The translations under genes were made by a program, and so were the position numbers. Below the pieces are notes generated by a model, which saw nothing but the letters and a program-made list of their open reading frames with translations, had not been told where the DNA came from and did not search any database. DNA of 52,342 bases, counting the filler, from Basidiobolus ranarum (lineage: Eukaryota): the NCBI GenBank assembly GCA_040143965.1. It is 2 parts of 2 records of this genome, joined end to end, with 100 filler letters (N's around TTAATTAATTAA, not from the genome) between each part and the next. Parts side by side here need not be neighbours in the genome. Positions count along the whole stretch, not along the records: positions 1 to 26,132 come from JASJQH010000134.1; 1 more part is not named here. One strand, 5' to 3'. Positions 1 to 11,929 of the stretch are shown here, piece by piece. The stretch's first letter is position 1, and each line of letters begins with the position of its first letter.

Positions 1-238
1 GAATATTTTTACCAACTTTGAAGTTCTCAGATATATAGATTTTTCAAACTTGTGCTAGAAGCCCCAAACTTTGCACACATGTTCCTGGGACCTTCCTTAA
101 CATATTCTACATGCTAGTTTGTTTACATCTTGACAAAACTATAAATGTCAACTTTCTGCTCAATAAATCAATAAGTGAAAACCACCAATTCCTCTAATTC
201 TCCAAACCACTTCCAACAGGCTCCCAAATACTTTAACA
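1..238 (-). repeat. Dispersed repeat family X, copy 1 (truncated by window start)
   Basis: Aligns by eye over its whole length with the reverse complement of 6001-6238 (e.g. CTAGAAGCCCCAAACTTTGCACACATGTTCCTGGGA; CCAAACCACTTCCAACAGGCTCCCAA) and with 26233-26343. All copies stop at ...CTTTAACA. Confidence 0.92.
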
Positions 239-1529
239 TCCACACTCAAGGGAGAATTGAGTAGCACCGAGGGTCAGTCCACAGAAGGCAAGTGCAAGGA
301 TGACAGTTCTGGTAAACATTATGGGAGAGAGATGATTACTTGCAGAAGTGCAGTAAAGTTTTATGCGCTTTTATATCAGCAGGTTATGTTAGACTAGACC
401 TTGGTGCGACAGAACATACAGAACAAATGGCATATAGTTACCGGAGAATTATCTTGCGTAAGTTGGTATCACTTTTCTTTCATGGCCAATATACGAGGTG
501 TATTTCCACTTGACGGAACGCCCAGGACACAAATTTAAGGATCAAATGCTACACTATTTACTGGTGAGAGTTTGATGGATGTATAGGAATTTAGTAATCA
601 TCTCTACATTACAAGTGTGCATCCTAGCTGTAAGATTATTATTAAGTACAACCAGTGTTAATTGAAGTAAAGTTTTGGTGGAACATATTCCAATACCAAT
701 GTATACATATATGGTAATACTGTTGGTGGTCTTCTTTATATCTGGATATTGTCATGGAGTACTTGAGAATGATGATGCTACCATAATCTGGAATAGTCAG
801 CTCGGCTATTTTGCGTTCTACTACCTGATATCGGGCCTTGGTAAGATAAAATGATCATATGGGAATTATGGTAATAGAGCAACAAGTGGCATATGCATGT
901 ATACTAGCCCTCATAATTAATTAATTTTTTTCAAGCATTTGTCAGATGATATCTCTTGTTTGACTTCATTACAGTGCTGTTCAAATATCGATGAGTCAAA
1001 AGAGAGTATTACTGATTCTCACGAGTCCTTGATAGAGGTTGCACTTTATCTCAGATGCTTGAGTGTCAGAAGTTGATTTTGCTAACTTTTGATCGTTATT
1101 TCAATGATTTTTATGTGGACACATGCCATTGTTTCATATAGTATAAAATATGTGAAGCTTCCGGAGACACTCTGTTGAACAGAGAGCACTTGACTACATC
1201 TATTTTTTACTGTAAGAGAAGCGGAACGCTCCTATCATTATTATTTCTTGACATTTCATATTTTTTTGCTTCACGTGAAGCAAGCCATATACATTTTTGT
1301 GGAAGGAATTCCTTCAGCAGTCCTTTTAAAAAGAAGGAATACTGACGAGCAGCATATTGCTTATATCTTTGAAATATGTACCAGCTATCGATATAGATAA
1401 ATCTACCATATTGAAGTTTTGTTATTTTGCTAGACTCGTCCCCATATTTGATTATTTCGAGAGATTTATTTGGTGCTAGAAAATTACAATTATATGAAAC
1501 ATGCAATGATTATGGCCAAAAGCATAGTG

Positions 1530-1622
1530 TCAAAAATTTGGATTTCATGTAACATGGTATTTAGAAATACATACTTCAACGCATATTTTCGGTGCAAAAA
1601 AATGTTGAGATCAAAACGGATT
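1530..1622. repeat. Repeat fragment, inverted copy of ~5847-5940
   Basis: GTGCAAAAAAATGTTGAGATCAAAACGGATT here versus GTGCAAAAAAATGTTGAGCTCAAAACTGATT, the reverse complement of 5847-5877. Weaker similarity extends to the left. Confidence 0.7.
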
Positions 1623-3784
1623 CACTGTGAATACAAAATTATGTAACAAAATCAAGGGTAGTGGAATCACCTGCATAATATCAAAGACTGTTATTTGGGC
1701 TCTGATTAGGTTATGTGACAAATATCAAGTTGAACCATAGAGTGAATATAGAGAAATTGTCAACTGAAAAATGCATGCAAAATAAATGAATTGGTTAGAA
1801 GAACATTTTATTTTACCGTATCTTTTATATGCCAATATCGATAGTATGTGCAGGTAGACAAAAGTACTCACGGCAATAGCACAACTTCACATAGAGATCC
1901 TCGGTTGTTTCCCTCTATTGGTACACATGAGCGTTTACTTTCTACTCTTAATGATATTAAAGTTTGGGTTGAATCTTAGTTTTCCAGGCAATTATCTTGT
2001 TCTCGTTTTGGTTCGTACCAAATCAGCAATGTATGTGAAATACTAGCACAGTAATGGAAAGGCTTATGATTCAAAATACTTAAGTAGTGAAGAAGTTTAT
2101 AATTTGAAATATCTTTCACAGTCCAACCATTTACACCTGTCAATACTGAAATGAGTGGCCGCAAATAATATGAAATACAACGTTCAAGTAACAACTAAAA
2201 CAAGAAATACGTAACCAAGTCGGATATTATATACCATATGCACGTGTTAAATAATTTTAGATGTATTAGATTTGTGATTTCTATGTTGAAATGGAACTTC
2301 CACATAAGCAGAGTTAAATCCAGATGAGCTTTAATGTCCACTTTATTTGTGTTATTGAATGGTTACAATTATGGCCGTGTTTTTTGAAGTTTATGTGTCT
2401 CTCATGAAAATTGTATTGTCCCAATGTATTAATGAACTGCCTTGGATAAGTTAAATCCGGATGAGCCTGCTGGCTAAGTTACTTCAAACTCTGCTTACAC
2501 AATAATACATATCGGAGTATTCGGACCAATATGGCTAATCTTTTATACTCGAATCAATTAAATCTTACACTGATTGTATCTCTACCCTACAGGAAATGGT
2601 GGAAAGCGCGTTAGCCGATAGTGACGAAACACAACAGCGCCATAAGATCTAGGTATAAATATCTCTAATAGTATCGGCATGGCTATAGGACTTGGTTGCC
2701 ATTTGGGGCCAGGGTGCACCAAGATGACAAAGAATACTTAGGGTTAGCACCCTCTCAGTTCAACAAAAACCAGAGCTACTCAGTGTGGCTGTCGACACTT
2801 ACAGTAATCCAAATCAAGTAGGGTAAGTTTGGGCTGCAGCACCCAATGGCGGGAAATACTACGGCTTCCTTGGGAGTAAAATTTCCCGTATCTGGAACTG
2901 ATGGAGTACAAGAATCTGTGAAACCAATAGAATGGGGATCGACATGAATACTGCACTTTCTGGCTACAAAATTCAGTAAACCACAAGAAACAAAAAATTC
3001 TGATTGCATAGCAGAGGTGAATCCTGTCCAAGTACGAATGAATTCCCAGTTGGAATGCGAACTTGTACCAAGGTGCCACCTTCACACCCCTCATTGTTAC
3101 CTTTCAAGTGTTGAAATTTCCACTCTTGCTCTGGTATCACAGCCCTCGAAACTAATGTGACGAAAGAATACAATGATAAGTAACAGTGTTGATGGACCAA
3201 TAGAGACCCATCTTAATGGGCGTGATTAGATATTCTATGCTAGGCTCCAGAATAATTATTGATGTGCCCTCATCCGTTCCTGCGAAGTTGGCAACTATTT
3301 GCACACTATACAATTTAAAACCAGGAATTCAATATGGATCAGAAGTTAGCAATGTATGGATCCATATTACCAGTCCGAAATGGTTGTAAATACATGAATA
3401 TATTATGCAGACGTCAACCAACCTTTGCTCTGCAATTGCTCACGCAGAGGTACGTGACTGAAGCACCCTTGCTAACTGGAAACCATATGGATAGAACCGA
3501 TCATTTAATTAGATGCACTGGCAAATAGAAAACGTTGTTATCCAATTGCCTCAAATGTTCCAATACTGGCTTTCCTTTCACAAAAAAAATCAAGTTTTAG
3601 TGGAATTCACACATCCCTGGATGCGACAGTCGAATATTTCACTAATCTAATCATCTGTTCGAGATTTAGTGGGCACTGTGGGCATATTCTGTTGACGACA
3701 AGCCAGTGAACAAACTATATAAAACTGATGTGCAGGAGTCTTACTTCTACCATACCACAGTATCTCTTACATCTGCCTCTGGAT

Positions 3785-4736
3785 ATGAAATTCTCGGCCT
3801 TTTTGACTTTCGGTGCTTTTGCTTCTTCAGCAGCTGTTCTCGCTCAGGATTCCTGCCCCATTGACAGCATCTCTTGTGCCATTCCTGATGCTGACTCATG
3901 CTGTGTTCCTTCATACGGCGTAATCGTCCTTACACAACAAGTATGTAAAATGTCTGATTTTTTGGAATACCTCGGTCTATGTTAACAATTGAGTTATTCT
4001 TCTAATTTATAGTGGATCCCTGGTTATGGTCCTAAAGACGCTTTTACCCTCCACGGGCTATGGCCTAACACCTGGTACGCTTGATATACACTTGTTACGC
4101 CAACCATTTATTTATATTGACTAATATCATCTGCTATTATAACAGCTCTGGTGGACAAGGTCCTGCTAATGGCTGCGATACCTCTCGGGCGTACACGAAT
4201 GTTGGCACGATTCTACAAAGCGCGAACAGCAGTCTTTACAGTCAGATGAATACCTACTGGCCATCATACAATGGTGACAACAGTGTCTTCTGGTTAGTAA
4301 TTCCTCCATTCTACTCTACTGAATTTACTATTTAGCCGTTTACGCTAACATATACCATTATCAATATAGGGAGCATGAGTGGGGTAAACATGGAACTTGT
4401 GTCTCCACATTGAGCCCCAAGTGCTATGGCTCTGATTACCAGAAATACGAGGATATGACTGATTACTTCCAAAGTGTTCTAAGTCTTCGCTCGAAGTACA
4501 ATATCTACGGTGCTCTAGCTAGTGCTGGCATCGTACCCGGTGGTACGTATACTCAGACATCCATGGCCAATGCTATCAAAAGTGCCTTAGGTATTACACC
4601 TTATTTCAAGTGCAAGTCTGGCACCATTAACGAGATCTGGGCTTATTTCCATGTCAAGGGCAGAGATACCTATGTCCCTGACAGTTTCAAAGGCAGTCAT
4701 TCTTGCAGCAGCAGCATCAAATACCCATTGAAATAG
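3785..4736 (+). CDS. Secreted ribonuclease T2 family protein (4 exons: 3785-3940, 4013-4074, 4146-4292, 4370-4736)
   Basis: The spliced product has a signal peptide (MKFSAFLTFGAFASSAAVLA), a Cys-rich N-terminus, CAS I FTLHGLWP and CAS II FWEHEWGKHGTC. GT-AG introns restore the frame; TATAAAA at ~3718. Confidence 0.95.
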
Positions 4737-6000
4737 GCCAGAATCATGTGTCTCTCTTAGGTAATAAATAAAGTACCATTCCCACAACCGGTTGTATGAG
4801 TGATGAATATGTATGAGGAACCTTTATGAAACCTACTTTCATTCTGATAAATTGATAAACCAAGGATTGCAATATTGAGTGAATGGACATCATTGATATC
4901 ACATTAAACCAACCAGAAATATCCAGTATCCACCCACGATATTAGTTCTCGGTGAGAAATCTATGAATTCATTCAAATTTGGACCCAATCATGGAGATCT
5001 CGGTTATACAGCAAACCCGTGATATGATTACCTCGCCTTGTCACCAAATATGGACCTGTGTAAGTAATAGCGCCATATGGTATCTCCACACTTATGTGCG
5101 TGCTCTTTCGTGCAACTCTACTTTTAGATGTATTATCATTGTAATACCGGATTTTTTGTACTCATTTGACCGCAAATATTTTATGAGATGACCAGAGCAT
5201 CTTCTCCCTTGAATTCTCGACTATGGGTGACCAGATATTCCCGAGGTTGCCTAGAATTACCTTAGATATTAGTCACAATATAATTGTTGCTATGACTTTG
5301 ACAGATATCTGATTTTAATACAATACCAACGTAAGTATTTATCATCTGATAGTCAAATTATTTGGAAATACACAACAACGACGATAGTATGTAGCAATAA
5401 TTCTTAGCTCTAAAGCATAATCATAAGATTGATTGGTGTATCTATCCTATTCCATATAACATCCTTGTAGGGACTTTAATCTGCAATAAAGTTCATTAAC
5501 CTCATTGACTTATCTGGACAGTACTTTATTGACAATGAAATAATGATTCACCCCTTGAATTCTTACAATACGCTTGATACAATCTTTGGGCATCTATTTA
5601 AAAATGGCTTGTGTCTCTTGACAGGTTGAAGCTATGAATATTTACCATGTATGCACACTAACGCTCAAAACTGATTCCCTTTTTTGCATTTATTTTTAAA
5701 ATTATAGTAGCTCTGCATTCACTGCATGATTCAACTTGATATTTCTCATACAGCCTAGGCAAGCTTAAGTAGCAGTTTTTAATTGTATGAAGGTGAAATC
5801 ACTACTCTTGGCCTTAGCGCCATATTAACGTTCATCATAGTTAGAAAATCAGTTTTGAGCTCAACATTTTTTTGCACTAAAAATCAATTTTTTTGGGTAT
5901 ATTTCTCAATGCTATGCTACATCCAAGCCTAATTTATGATGCTGAAGGCTTACTATTAACATTTTATTTCTCACATATATTCTTTTCTGACACTAATTGA

Positions 6001-6348
6001 TGTTAAAGTATATTGGGAGCCTGTTGGAAGTGGTTTGGGTAACCCGAGGAGTTGGTGGTTTTGACTCATTGGTTTATTGCGTATTCAGTGACATTTATAG
6101 TTTTGTCAAGATGTAAGCAAAAAAACATGTAGAATGTGTCAAGAAAGATCCCAGGAACATGTGTGCAAAGTTTGGGGCTTCTAGCCTAAGTTTGAAAAAT
6201 CTATATATCTGGGAACTTCTAAGTGGGTAAAAATATTCCAACTAAGTTCCAATTGAGAATAAAGGGTGATATCTTAGTTCAATATAGGATAACTAAATGC
6301 TAAGCTGTAGATGACTATGTTGGTGTTTAGGTAATGCAAATTTCAACA
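6001..6348 (+). mobile_element. Dispersed repeat family X, copy 2; possible solo-LTR or non-autonomous element
   Basis: 6001-6238 is the inverted copy of 1-238. It begins TGTTAAAG and a candidate end TTTCAACA lies at 6341-6348 (TG...CA, short imperfect terminal IR). Internal TATATA at ~6202 and AATAAA at ~6258. No target-site duplication is evident, so the class is uncertain. Confidence 0.6.
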
Positions 6349-7934
6349 CTAATCCTCAACTAAATAGTCATATAAACTAATCATAAGGAAGGTCTAAACA
6401 GGTGCCCCATTAGCTTATAGCATATCTGTGAAAGAATGATGAGCCATTTTGGGATTGATTTGCACTACTTGAAAGATTCAAATCCAACTTTGCTAACTTT
6501 TGTATAATTCTCATGTTTCCTATATACATGTACTGATTTTGACCACATAATGCTTGGCTTAATGTTGTTGGCTAATTTAGATCTGATCATTCTGAAGCAA
6601 CTACTACTACACTACAATGGAAAACCAGATTGTATTGCAAATCAAGCTCCGAAGGATACCGCTTGGATATATCTTGGTGCATGGCAAGAATGTTGGTTGA
6701 CTCTTAGGAATGTTGACTCATGTAGGAATCTGAAAGTCACACAGATGAATTTCAGTAGCACTCCATGATGACGATCAATCTAGATCAATACCCCTCCTCC
6801 ACTACCAACTAGCTGCCAGAGCTCAACGATTGAATCAAGAAAGAGCTTGATGGGTTGTGAGGATATTAAAGGCTCAGTTTATTTAACAATACAATGCGTC
6901 ACATGCGGACCAAAATTTCAGGTTCCGTCCTTTCGACTGTTTCTCGGTTACTCCCTTACGAGACTTTCTATTGCATGCTTTGAGAGCTTCGTGCTCCATA
7001 TGTTCGCTTCGATCTTTGGTTGCCACATCATAGGTATCAGTCTTGTGGCTCCTGTTATTTGGGGAGGCCTTTCCTTCGTATTCCATTGTGATGAGCGGGA
7101 TTTATTTGATATTGACAGTCGCTAATTCTCACTTTATATAATGAATCACTCAGTGGTGATGTATGACCTCATCGCAAATACTTATCACTCCCAAAGTCAA
7201 ATAAATAAACCATGATTATGTAAGAGCGAATGATGTTTCATAAATATCCCTAGCAACATAGCATGATGTGATGCATCAGTGCAGCAATCGCATCAGCCAA
7301 TAGCTTGAGCATGTTAGGCCAAAATCCTTCGTAGCTAGACATATATTGACAGTTGAGCCAGTATTCAAAACTAGATGGCTGTTTTTGGAATCCCCCCTGT
7401 AGCATGCCAAACCTTATCGTATTTCACGCCAAGAACTCCATTATATTTCCGATGCCAATGATGGATAACACCCTCTGATAAGCAACATCATTGAGCGTCT
7501 TTGTGCATCAAATGAGCCATCGGACAATGAGTTGGATTGGCAGTCTCGCAACAAAAACCATAATAACATGGTTCATTGGTTATGGCTGTAGATGCCTCCC
7601 AGATCTCAAGCAAAAAGGAAATCAGTCTTTGGATGGATGCACAGAAGCCGAATGCATCCACTATCACTTCGGCATTGAAGTATGTTCTAACCAATCCCTC
7701 CGCTACAAACCTGTCTCCCCACACACTGCTTTCTCTCCTGAAGTGAATAGAGTCAATATTTGCGATGCACAAACTCGCATAACTATAGATGCGTAGTCGA
7801 TGTGCCTATGTAGAACTCTTGCATCAGCAACAGCAAATCTTTATTGGACATTGCACACAACAGTGAGAGACTATAACTGACTGAATCAACATATGATCGT
7901 GTTAAATCGAACCCAGCCATTTGGAAACGTCAAC

Positions 7935-9236
7935 TTACTTAATCGGGGCTACAGGATTGATTCTTTCCACGAGTAAGGGGTCTTTCGCTGTAAAGGGCAG
8001 CTTAGGAAGATTCTGAGGATGGACGCCAAATGCTGCAGCTAGTGTTTCACGAGAGTATGCACTCACAGAGGCTTTGTATCCTATATCACCTGGAATATTC
8101 TGATCAAAAAAGATCAAAAAGTGAATGTCACCTTCCCCAATATTCTCAATGTGATGTGGATACGCTCGAGGGACAAAGTAGACATCCCCCGGCTTGAGTA
8201 GATAGGTATCCAAAGCGCCGCCCGGCTTCATAATCGTCATTCGTGCGTTCCCTTTCGCGACATAGCCCATCTCGGCGGTGATCGGATGCCAATGAGGTTC
8301 ACGCATGCCTTGATCAGTGATCCGTAGTGAATACATGGAAATGTTGTCCAGGATAGGCCAGAACTCTTTACTAGCAGTTTTGGCAGACCCTGCGATTGAG
8401 GAGATTGGTGGCGACATAGCTTCCACATCAAATTTATGCGGATTACCCCACTTTGCATCAGAGGGAATGGATGGAACTGACTGTCGAAGACCGATTTCCG
8501 TATCACGTGTTGTTCGTTTCAATGATTTGAATGCCTTTGCGGGCAAGCCATAGGTGTTTCCGAGAACTGCATCAGACATTGCTCCAAATGCACCGGATAT
8601 CCCAAAATCTTGGGGTCTCTCACTAGTAAAAGAAATGATGAGTTCCGCAGTCTCTTTTCCCGTATTTTCCAAATGATGCAACGCCCCAGAAGGCACATAG
8701 AACATCTGACCAGCATTTATAGTGAATGAGCTGAATGCGCTGTTATTTTCAAATATAGTAACGAGTACTTGACCACGCAAGCAGTAGGCCAATTCATTCG
8801 CATTTACATGCCAATGTGGTTCGCGTACGCCTCGAGGTTTCAAGAGGATACGACGTATCGACAGCCCCTTGAGGATCGGGAAATTATCAGCTGTAAGCGC
8901 CGTAATACTACCAGTGTCTGAGAGGAATCTTGGCTCCTGGGAATTCAAGGATGCCACGTGTGGTGACTTCACAATGTGTCTATTGTTGTATTTTCTGCGA
9001 AAACCTTTGCTGGGGAAAACGCTCCTAGAAGGAACTCTAAGGCCGCTCTCTCTTCGGCGATTTTCACTACCTGTAAGACGAGTGTCGATCAGAACAGCAG
9101 TATCATCATGACCTGTTGGGATCGAGGCTTCATCAAGGGTATTTTTGGTAGTACCATCAGTGGCATCACTCGAAATACCAAAGACAAGTATATTTGTCAT
9201 GAAGACAACCAAGGCAAGAGGCAAGAAAAGCTTCAT
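7935..9236 (-). CDS. Secreted bicupin, oxalate decarboxylase/oxidase family, intronless
   Basis: Two cupin metal sites: REPHWH..NE...HHLEN and REPHWH..AE...HHIEN. The likely start is MKLFLPLALVVF (ATG at 9236), a signal peptide followed by a linker with dibasic sites. Confidence 0.9.
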   Translation of the reverse strand: MKLFLPLALVVFMTNILVFGISSDATDGTTKNTLDEASIPTGHDDTAVLIDTRLTGSENRRRESGLRVPSRSVFPSKGFRRKYNNRHIVKSPHVASLNSQEPRFLSDTGSITALTADNFPILKGLSIRRILLKPRGVREPHWHVNANELAYCLRGQVLVTIFENNSAFSSFTINAGQMFYVPSGALHHLENTGKETAELIISFTSERPQDFGISGAFGAMSDAVLGNTYGLPAKAFKSLKRTTRDTEIGLRQSVPSIPSDAKWGNPHKFDVEAMSPPISSIAGSAKTASKEFWPILDNISMYSLRITDQGMREPHWHPITAEMGYVAKGNARMTIMKPGGALDTYLLKPGDVYFVPRAYPHHIENIGEGDIHFLIFFDQNIPGDIGYKASVSAYSRETLAAAFGVHPQNLPKLPFTAKDPLLVERINPVAPIK

Positions 9237-11929
9237 TGTGCAAAATAGAGACAGAAAATGAGATGCTGGCTTATCTTTAAAGATTGAGTCTGCAAGGCAG
9301 ATTAGTTTATATAGACATACTAGGCATGATTTAGAATTGGCATGATGCACTGGTTGTTGCTATAAGAAATCACAAGTGTTATGTAATCCCAATTAGAATC
9401 AGGAATGACGTTGTAGCTGCCTCTAGCCTTGGGAAAATGCATTTTCAAAGTTGGACATTTTGGCCATGTGCGATTGTATATATTCTTAGAGTAACATGAC
9501 ATGTATCGGCATGGATTGATTTCATTTGTGTGTTTCCCATGTAACTGAAATAAAATGAGCATCTCGCGTTTTCACACTAATATATTAACAAACGTTTCTA
9601 AGAATCCATATCATAGTTAAAGACAGAATCATAAGATATTCGCTCATTTTTAATAACTTTTACTTAGTGTGAACATACTTGGTATCTAGTTCAATTTTTT
9701 AGTCTAGTCAAGTTTGCATTACTAATCGCTTTGAACATATTAGGTTATGATCCAGAAATTATGAATTAGAGATAGTTTGAACTTAACATCTAGCTGCATG
9801 ATTTAGGTCAACTGCATCCTTACTAGTAAAGATAAATACATGAATGCGGGTTTATTTTATTAGACTCAATAGAGCGTAATAATCCATAATCAAAGTTGGA
9901 AGTTAACACTTCATAATGTTGAAAATCTACTTGAAGAATACGTAGTGAAGGTTGTGGCATACCATTTCTCGATAATGAGCCTGCAGCATAAAATCACTGA
10001 GAAACTCGACTGGAGTTACTGTTTCTTCCACTACAGTTGATTAAAACCTTCCTTGGGTTATTCCTGGGAAACGCGACAGACCTGTTATCACTTGATAATC
10101 CGCTAGACTCACTTTCTCCTGCCATATAGGGCACATCTTCTAGGGATACTCTACAGATATCTTCAAATTCAGCATTTTCCTCAAAAGAGGTAATCCAACG
10201 TATAGGCGGTTTAATAATGGATCCTTTTTGTTTGATACGTCTACCTGGTATGAGTGATAGAGTTAACGTACCTGATCTAGTATAACTCTAACCTATAAGA
10301 TTGGATACCTTTCCTGAAAGCTTGTTACTAACATTGTTCAATTCGAAGGGTCGTATGTCTATAGCCGAGATGGAGCTGGAGACCTTCAGTTCACAAGACT
10401 ACCGTGCTACCATTGCGCTAAGTAAGCTTTGTTCATATACAACATTAACTAACCTCAACCTCCACCAAATCCCAGTCACTATACAGCCCTCAAAATGCAC
10501 AACTGCTGTAACAATCCAACTCGAGAACCAGTGAACGAAACATGACCTTTTGCTTTTCTAGTTCTATCTATTCCTTGCTTTAGTTTCTTCATTAGCGTGG
10601 GAACTTTGTATCCTCAAAACTACACCACCATAATCAAAGAAGTCATTATGGCAGCTATAGATGATATATTTTAGAGAGGAATGGAAAAAATGCACTCCAA
10701 TCAAACTTGGTTTTGGGTAGAAACTCAAAATTCATCTGTTGCATCCTACATTGCGATCAATAATATGATCGGTCAACCAATGGTATAATGAATCGACTTT
10801 CGCTCAAGAAACTATTATAGCTTCGCCATGCCAACGCACATATATATCTTAGTGCCTGAATAGCCTGATCTTTACTTAGTAACATGAATAAATACTTTGT
10901 TTATATCTTGAAACATGCCTCTTATTCCCTGCTCTCTTTCCCCCTTGTCCTCCGCTCCTTCCTCCGATCCTGCCTTAAGAAAAGGTCAACTCTGTCTTGT
11001 TCTAGTTTAGATTCACGACAATATCCAATGCAGAACACCTGAATAGCATAGGGATTTGTGCTACTACCAGTGCGGATATTCAATTACCATAGTCAAAATA
11101 TTATAGTAACTCAACTTGCCATATAATATTTAAGAGGTGTGGTCAAACAATCAGAGTAAAATATTGTCAGGTCACACTCTCATTTCTAGCCAGATCCTCT
11201 GGGTAATTAATGCTTGCCTTCCCAGGCCAGCCTCTGTGCAGAATTGGAGTACAACATCGATGAAACACATTTATGGAGATTTTTTGAAGATTGCTTGCAA
11301 ACGGATCGTGTTTGATATTGGTTCACATCTCTATGAGCAGAGAGGCGGAGTTAACTCGCAATCATCACAACATAATAAAAACATCTGCTAAAGTACAATC
11401 CGACATATTGTCTTCACAGCGAGTGATAGATAAATAGGGTGGCCATATCAGTTCGATTCTGGGGTAAGAGTTAGTCTACAGTAAGGGGAATGGCTGCATT
11501 TGTAAGTGAATTTTACAAGAAAATTGTTGAATTAAATATGGCAAGCTTATCCAGGTTAATTCATTTCGATTACGACTTCAATTAACTTACACATTTTGTA
11601 TCTAATGGTTGATAATATTTAGCCAATTAGAATGGATTTTCTATTTCTAAATAATATCCGTTGCTTGCTATTAATTCTTGATGACTGGACTGGCTGTGCG
11701 GATTACTGGATAAATTGAGGATGGATCACAATAAAAGAAAAAAAAAGGAACCAAAATTCCACTGAAAAAAAAATCGAGAGTAAAATAAAGTATACTAACT
11801 GAGCATAAATGGAATTTTTTTCAAAGTCACAATTTTCCCTTATACCATAGGTTTTTTTTCCGTTTGACTTTGGTCTCTTTAATATCCAGTTCACTTCTCT
11901 TCCCTTAAATTTAGGAAGTTTTATTCAAA

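Noticed and set aside
1-6238. A 6.2-kb TIR transposon that captured the RNase T2 gene
   Set aside because: The sharp boundary shared by all three copies (TGTTAAAG/CTTTAACA) faces inward toward the gene, a third copy lies elsewhere, and there is no transposase. Independent insertions fit better, though the outer left end is outside the window.
6847-7796. Short ORFs between the repeat and the bicupin
   Set aside because: No recognisable motifs or splice structure; overlapping ORFs on both strands with non-ATG starts.
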